DNA from: Pristiophorus japonicus
Taxonomy: Eukaryota
Direction: 5' to 3'
Assembly: GCF_044704955.1 (NCBI RefSeq)
Contig: NW_027251843.1
Span: 930,001 to 994,000, forward strand
DNA length: 64,000 bases
The notes beneath the pieces were generated by a model. That model made no database searches. It was given only the letters and a program-made list of their open reading frames with translations, and was not told the origin of the DNA. The translations under genes and the position numbers were made by a program. Positions within the stretch are counted from its first letter, which is position 1, and every line of letters starts with the position of its first letter. Of the stretch, positions 57,404 through 64,000 are shown piece after piece.

Positions 57404-60400
57404 ATGAAGATAACCATAGCCAGCCTCAACATCAACGGCGGCAGAGGGGCATGTCGTAGATTTGACAATTTTTCGCTCCTGCGGGAGGGGAAATATACGG
57501 TGTGCTTCCTGCGAGAAACCCACAGCGTTCCGGGAGACGAAGCCACGTGGCTCCTGGAATGGCAAGGAGAGGTCCGCATGAGCCACCTCACCGCCACTTC
57601 TAGTGGGGTGGCCATCTTGCTGGGCCCGCATTTTCAGCCGGAGATCTTGGGGGTCGAGGAGCCCGTGCCAGGCCGCTTGCTGCATGTAACGGTTCGCCTA
57701 GGGGACATGCCGCTCTATCTCGTGAACGTGTACGCCCCTCAGCCCGGCCCGCAGCAGGCGCGCTTCTTCGAAGAAGTGTCCGCTCTTCTTGGCTCCGTCG
57801 ACGTCGGCGACTGCATTGTCCTCAGGGGGGGATTTTAACTGCACCCTCGAGGCGAGGGACCGCTCCGGTGCCCTGCAGAGCATGACGGTGATGGAGAAGT
57901 TGAGGGACCTGGTCGGGTCCTTCGACTTGGTGGACGTTTGTCGAAATCTCCACCCCGACTCCAGCGCCTTTGCTTGGGTGAGGCCTGGAGTAGGATGGTC
58001 CAGAGTCGACCGCCTCTACGTGTCTCGGGCGTACGTTTCCTGCGTCCCGGCGGCCTCCATGCGGCCGGTGCCGTGTTCGGACCACCACCTGGTGTGGGCG
58101 GAGCTCGCTTCGCTCCGCGCGAGGACGGGGTCCGCGTACTGGCACTTTAACAACCAGCTGCTGGAGGACGTGCGGTTCCAGGACTCGTTCCGTCAATTCT
58201 GGGCCGACTGGAGAAGGAAGCAGGGGGGCTTCCCCTCCTTGAGGCTATGGTGGGACGTGGGCAAGGCTCACGTCCGCGTCTTCTGTCAAGAGTACGCGAG
58301 GGGGTCGACCAAGAGGCGGGCGGCCGGAGTCGGGCGCCTAGAAAAAGAGGTGCTCGACCTGGAATCCCGTCTCGGTCAAGTCGTCGAGGACCCGGCCCTG
58401 CGGACGGTGTACGAAGCTAAGAAGGCCGTGCTGAAGGACCTGCAGCTCATCGGGTCCCGAGGCGCGTTCGTGAGGTCACGGATCCGGTTCCTGCGGGATC
58501 TGGACCGCGGCTCCCCCTTCTTCTACTCGCTGGAAAAAAGGCAGAGTGTCCGTAAGCAGCTCTTGACGCTGCTGGCCGACGACGGCTCTCTCGTCTCGGA
58601 TCCGGAGGGCGTCAACAACAGGGCCCATGAATATTACGGGGCTCTGTTCTCTCCGGATCCGTCCAGCGAGGAAGCGTGTAGAGTTTTGTGGGAGGACCTG
58701 CCGAAAGTCAGCCCGGAGGGCGGTGAAAATTTGGAAGCTCCGCTAAGCCTGGCGGAGCTGACCGGTGCCCTCAACCGGCTCTCAAGGGGAAAATCCCCGG
58801 GGCTGGACGGGCTGACCGTGGAGTTCCACAGGGCGTTCTGGGACGTCCTGGGGAGCGACTACGCGCGGGTCCTGGGGGAAAGTCTGGAGACCGGGGAGAT
58901 GCCCCTCTCTTGGCGCAGGGCAGTCATCGTCCTGCTGCCTAAGAAGGGCGATCTCCGCCTCCTTAAGAACTGGCGCCCGGTCTCCCTCCTCAGCACGGAC
59001 TACAAAATCTTCGCCAGGGCGATGTCTGCTCGCCTTGGCACCATGCTGGACCACATGATCCACCCCGACCAGTCCTACATGGTCCCGAGCCGGACAATCC
59101 ACGACAACATCCATCTGGTCCGGGACCTCATCCATCATTCCCAGGAGGCTGGTCTGTCGGTTGCCTTCCTATCTCTTGACCAAGAGAAGGCGTTCGACAG
59201 GGTGGATCACGACTATCTGCTCGGAACTCTGCGCGCTTTCGGGTTCGGGACGCATTTCGTCGCCCGGATCCGACTTTTGTACGCTGCTGCGGAGTGTCTG
59301 ATTAAGGTTAACGGGTCCTTGATGGCGCCCCTTCGCTTTAGGAGAGGGGTGCGCCAGGGATGCCCCATGTCCGGCCAGTTATACGCCATCTGCGTGGAGC
59401 CTTTCCTGCGCCTCCTGCGAACGAGGTTGACGGGACTGGCTCTGCAAGGGCCAGGTGTGGAGGTCGTCCTTTCGGCTTACGCTGATGACGTGCTCCTCGC
59501 GGTAGAGGATCCCGCTGACTTGCGGAGGATGTGTGAGTGCCAGGAGATTTATTCGGTCGCATCCTCCACCAGAATCAACTGGGAAAAATGTTCCGGACTC
59601 CTGGTGGGTCAGTGGCGGGTGGACTCTCTGCCGGAGGAGCGCAGGCCTTTTGCCTGGAGCACGACCCATCTCCTCTACCTGGAAGTCTACCTTAGCCCCG
59701 ACGGGGAAGCCTGGCCGGCGAACTGGCAGGAGCTGGAGGCCAAGGTCGCCGCTCGCCTAGGGCGCTGGACAGGACTGCTCCGAGTGCTGTCCTACAGGGG
59801 TCGAGCGCTCGTCATAAACCAGCTGGTGGCCGCCATGTTGTGGTACCGGCTGGTCACTTTGACCCCTCCCCCTGCGTTTGTCGCCAAGATACAGAAGAAG
59901 CTGGTGGACTTCTTCTGGAACAACAGGAAGCACTGGGTCTCTGCCGCGGTCTTCAGTCTCCCGCATGAGGAAGGCGGTCAGTCGTTGGTGTGCGTCAGCG
60001 CCCAGCTCGCGACTTTCCGTCTTCAGACCCTGCAGAGATACCTATACGTCGAGCTCCCTCCTAGGTGGTGTGCTCTGGTGACGTATTTCTTCCGCCAGCA
60101 GCGCGACCTCAATTACGACTAGCAGCTCCTGTTTGTGAACTTGGGGGGTGTCAGGACCGCCCTCCAGGAGCTGCTTGTCTTTTACAAGGAACTCATCAGG
60201 GTCTGGAACAAAGTCTCCACCAAGCGCAGCTCTCCACCGGCTGGAGTGGCGGCTGTCCTGCAGGAGCCGCTGCTCGGGAATCCGTACCTCCACGACCGAG
60301 GTTTTATGTGGCGGTCGGAAGAGAGGGCTGTGGCTGGTGAGGTGACCAGAGTCAGGGACCTGCTCGATGGCGGAGGAGTGGGCTGGATGGCGCCAGGCAC

Positions 60401-61304
60401 GCTGGCACGGCGCCTAAATTCAGCCAACGTCTGCCGCGCGGCCGAAGCCATCGGGTCGCTAAAAACAGCTCTGGGCCCTGACTCCGTTAGGTGCATCGGG
60501 GAGGTTCAAGCACGTGGGGAGATCCTGTCCGAACTGACCCCCGTCCGGACGGAATTCCTCATCGGCGCCAAACCCCAGAACCTCCCTCGGGAGCTGGCGC
60601 CTCACAACTTGAGCCGCCTCAAGGAAATCCCCTCCGTGCCTTTCAGTTCCGCGCGGAGGGGTTTCCTGTACGGGCTGCTCCTGCACACTCTCAACTTTGC
60701 CTTCCTCGCCGGACGTCCGGACACGCCATGGCGTACCATCTTGCCGTCCGGAGGAGGCGGGGGTCCCTGATGGAGGGCACTCTATGCGGGAGTCCTCCCA
60801 CTATTCATCGGGGACTTGGCCTGGAGGGTGGTGCACGGAGCAGTGCCGTGCAACAAATTTTTAAGCCGGTTCACGGACTCCCAGGCCGCCTGCAATTTCT
60901 GCGGTCTGGAAGAGTCCGTGTTCCATGTTTTTATGGAATGCACGAGGTTGCAGCCCCTGTTCTATTTTTTAAAGGAGCTGCTCCTGAAATTCTGGCTGCA
61001 CTTCAGTCCCACCCTCCTGATCTTTGGGCACTCTGTGCGGAGGGGAGCGGGTAGGTCCGAGGGCCTCCTCGTAGGACTGCTCCTGGGCACGGCCAAGGGT
61101 GCCATCAGCCGGTCCAGGCAGCGGGCGGTCGAGGGGGTCGTTCAACCTGACTGCCTGCCTCTCTTCCGCGCGTACATCCGCGCCAGGGTGTCCTTGGAGA
61201 TGGAGCACGCGGTGTCCACTGGTACGCTCGCGGCCTTCTGCGAGAGGTGGGCACCGGAGGGACTGGAGTGCATCGTCACGCCCGGCAACCAAATTTTAAT
61301 TTGA
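57404..61304 (+). pseudogene. Tx1 ORF2 (APE endonuclease, RT, C-terminal Zn finger)
   Basis: IASLNING, GGDFNC, SDH, LDQEKAFD, QGCP, YADD and CNFC..HVFMEC; frameshift near 57830, stops at 60120 and 60768. Confidence 0.93.
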
Positions 61305-62147
61305 TTTTATGTTTTAAAGTTTAATTTGTTTTAATTGCCGGTGCTTTTAGTGTCCCCCTCCCCTTTTATAGGGGGCACTGGAAAAAATGTGATTTTAGTG
61401 CCCAAAAAAAAACCACAAAAAAAAAAGAAAAAAAAACACAAAAAAGAAAAAAAGAGCCTTGTAAATGTCTGGTGTGTCATCCAGCTCGGGTGGCACGGTT
61501 TAATGTTTTATGTTTTTAAGATAAACTCCAAAAAGAGTTTCATGCACAAGGACCCCCAGGTCCCACTGCACCTCAGCATGTTGTAATTTCTCCCCATTCA
61601 AATAATATTCCCTTTTACTGTTTTTTTCCCCAAGGTGGATGACCTCACACTTTCCGACATTGTATTCCATCTGCCAAACCTTAGCCAAACCTTAGTCAGG
61701 ACCTGGACCAGCCAGGATCCTTTATTGGCCCTGGTAAAAAAAACTGTGTCCTCCATGGGAACTGGTCCAGTGTCCCAGTGGAGATGCAGGAAGCGATTAA
61801 GCCATTCCATAGATGCAAAGATGAGCTGTCCCTGCAGGCGGACTGTCTCTTGTGGGGCAATCCTGTGGTATTGCCCAAGAAAAGCAGAGACACATTTATT
61901 GGGGAATTACACAGCACCCACTCAGGCATCATAATGATGAAAGCCATAGCCAGACCCCACGTGTGGTGGCCAGGCATCGACTCAGATTTAGAGTCATGTG
62001 CACGCCAGTGCTTGCTCTCCATTGAGCAATGCACCCAGAGAGGCACCACTAAGTTTATGGTCCTGGCTATCCAAACTGTGGTCGAGGATCCATGTAGACT
62101 ATGCAGGCCCATTCCTAGGCAAAATGTTTTTGGTTGTCGTGGATGTA

Positions 62148-64000
62148 TGTCCTTACACACTACTATATATTCACATGAGGCACATTCTGCAGACAAGGTC
62201 ACTCTGTGACCTGAACCTTTATTCACAGGACCAAGAAGTGATGACCCTGCATGGGAGCTCCCTTTATATACCTGGAAGACCAGGTGAGGAATGTCTCCCA
62301 CAAGTTCCCTGTGGTCAAGGTATGCATTTCTTAGGTGTATATAGCATGCAGTGTTATTACATAAAGATTACAGTTACATGAAGGTTACATACATGACATC
62401 ACCTCCCTCCAACATCTTATGGGGTTAAAGATTAAGTCTTTCAGGCGGTCGACGTTCTCTCGTGGAGCGCCGAAGTTGGGGCTCTGGTTGTTGAGCCTTG
62501 GTATGCGTCTCTGTCACCTGTGGTGATTCCGGCTTGTCCGGGCTGGCCACAGGAACTGTGCATGTTGCTGAATGTTCTTGTTGCTCGTTCACTGGCAGTG
62601 GTGTGGGCAACATCTCATGATCTTCCACAGGTTCCTCAGTGTCCATGCTGAACCTTTTTTTTTACTTGGTCCACATGCTTGCGGCATATCTGTCCATTTT
62701 TAAGTCTGACCACTATGACCCTGTTCCCCTCTTTGCCAATTACAGTACCCTCAAGCTACTTGGGCCCCAAAGCGTGATTAAGTACAAATACAGGGTCATC
62801 GATTTCTATACATCTCCCCTTTGAGTTACGGTCATGGCACTCATTTTGGGACTGACGCTTGCCCTCAACAATGTCTGACAGGACTGGATGAATGAAGGAC
62901 AGCCGAGTTTTAAGTGTACGTTTCATGAGTAGTTCCATGGGCGGGACTCCCGTGAGCGAATGCGGTCGGGACTTATAGGCCAGCAGGAGGCACGATAGGT
63001 GGCATTGAAGGGAGGGTCCTTGAATCTGGAGCATGCCTTGTTTTATGATTTGGACCGCACGTTCCGCCTGGCCATTGGAAGCCGGCTTGAACGGCGCCGT
63101 CCTGACATGTTTGATGTCATTACCCGACATGAACTCCCGGAATTCATAGCTGGCGAAACACGGGCCATTGTCGCTAACCAGAATGTCCAGCAAGCTGTGG
63201 ATCGCTAAGACCGCATGCAGGCTCTCCACAGTGGTGGATGTTGTACACAAATTCAATATGATGCACTCGATCCATTGAGGAACAACAATGAGGAACATTT
63301 TTTCCATGAATGAGCCCGCGTAGTCTAGGTTAATACGTGACCATGGCCTGGTGGGCAAGGGCCACGGGCTGAGTGGGGCCTCGCTGGGGGCATTGCCCAG
63401 CTGGGTATACGTCGTGCACCTGTGAACACAGTGTTCCAGGTCCGAGTCAATTCCCGGCCACCATATATGTGACCGGGCAATGGCTGTGCAGTTCTCTGAT
63501 GAATGCTTCCCTGCCCCTCTGGGGCATGACTACCCGGCTGCCCCATAGTAGGTAGTCGGCTTGGATGGAGAGCTCATCCATCTGTCTGTGAAACGGTCTG
63601 ACCTCCTCGGGGCATGCTCCGTGTGCGGGCGACAAATCCCCAGGCAGGACACATTTCTTAATCAAGGATAGGAGGGGATCTCTGTTGGTCCAGATTTTGA
63701 TCTGGTGGGCTGTGATGGGGGAGCCTGCGCTGTCAAAGGCATCGACAGCCATGACCATCTCAGCACTTTGCTCTGCTGCCCCCTCTGTGGTGGCCAGTGG
63801 AAGCCTGCTGAGCGCGTCAGCGCAATTTTCGGTGTCTGGCCGGTGCCGTATGGTGTAGTCATATTCAGCCAGCGTGAGAGCCCATCGCTGTATGCGAGCT
63901 GACACATTGGCATTGACAGCTTTGTTGTCTGACAACAGGGATGTTAATGGCTTGTGGTCCATTTCTAACTTCTGCCAAAAAGGTATAGTGCATCTTTTTC
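62148..64000 (-). mobile_element. Ty3/Gypsy LTR retrotransposon 2 (3' LTR 62148-62398, IN and RH; runs off the window)
   Basis: PPT GGAGGGAGG then TGTC...GACA; DHKPL, RIQRWAL, SDNGP and SNGQAERAV motifs. Confidence 0.9.

Larger units (their letters stand above)
54361..61536 (+). mobile_element. Full-length Tx1-clade (L1 group) non-LTR retrotransposon, mildly decayed
   Basis: 5' UTR, ORF1 with CCHC knuckle, ORF2 APE-RT-Zn finger, A-rich 3' UTR; CpG-rich. Confidence 0.93.
53671..61695 (-). mobile_element. 5'-truncated CR1 LINE (53671-54360 + ~61537-61695), split by Tx1
   Basis: (ATAAGAAC)n tail; ORF2 C-terminus; TSD TCAGGAC at 53664-53670 and 61696-61702. Confidence 0.9.
41661..62147 (+). mobile_element. 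Ty3/Gypsy LTR retrotransposon 1, degenerate, host of nested insertions
   Basis: 5' LTR 41661-41888 (TGTTATG..CATAACA); PBS tggtgacgag at 41891; gag from 41919; PR near 42840; RT/RH 52413-53670; IN 61696-62147. Confidence 0.9.

Overview
Vertebrate genomic DNA, almost certainly from a cartilaginous fish (shark-type Ig light-chain exon and shark-type SINE/CR1 repeats); roughly 90% is transposon-derived. The only recognisable host gene segment is an Ig kappa (type III/NS4-like) constant exon at 2684-3011, carrying a 1-bp frameshift. Main components: (i) CR1, RTE and L2 LINE fragments and tRNA-derived SINEs. (ii) A ~10.5-kb inverted segmental duplication (12217-22760 vs 31283-41655). Each arm holds a decayed lokiretrovirus-like provirus nested in a relative of itself, with a coiled-coil Gag, UGA-CGG readthrough, tether plus second RNase H, and an env-position ORF containing an Ig-like domain. 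(iii) A Harbinger transposon inserted into an LTR. (iv) A Gypsy element containing a young, ORF-intact class III (ERV-S/snakehead-retrovirus-like) provirus (43479-52407; LTRs differ at 3/476 nt; 5-bp TSD), a CR1 that itself contains a full-length Tx1 element, and a second Gypsy. The intact provirus has a 2H-phosphoesterase domain in Pol, an unannotated 48-aa Vpu-like membrane microprotein overlapping the env start, and an Env lacking a furin site and fusion peptide. Family assignments are from motif recognition and recalled literature, not database searches.
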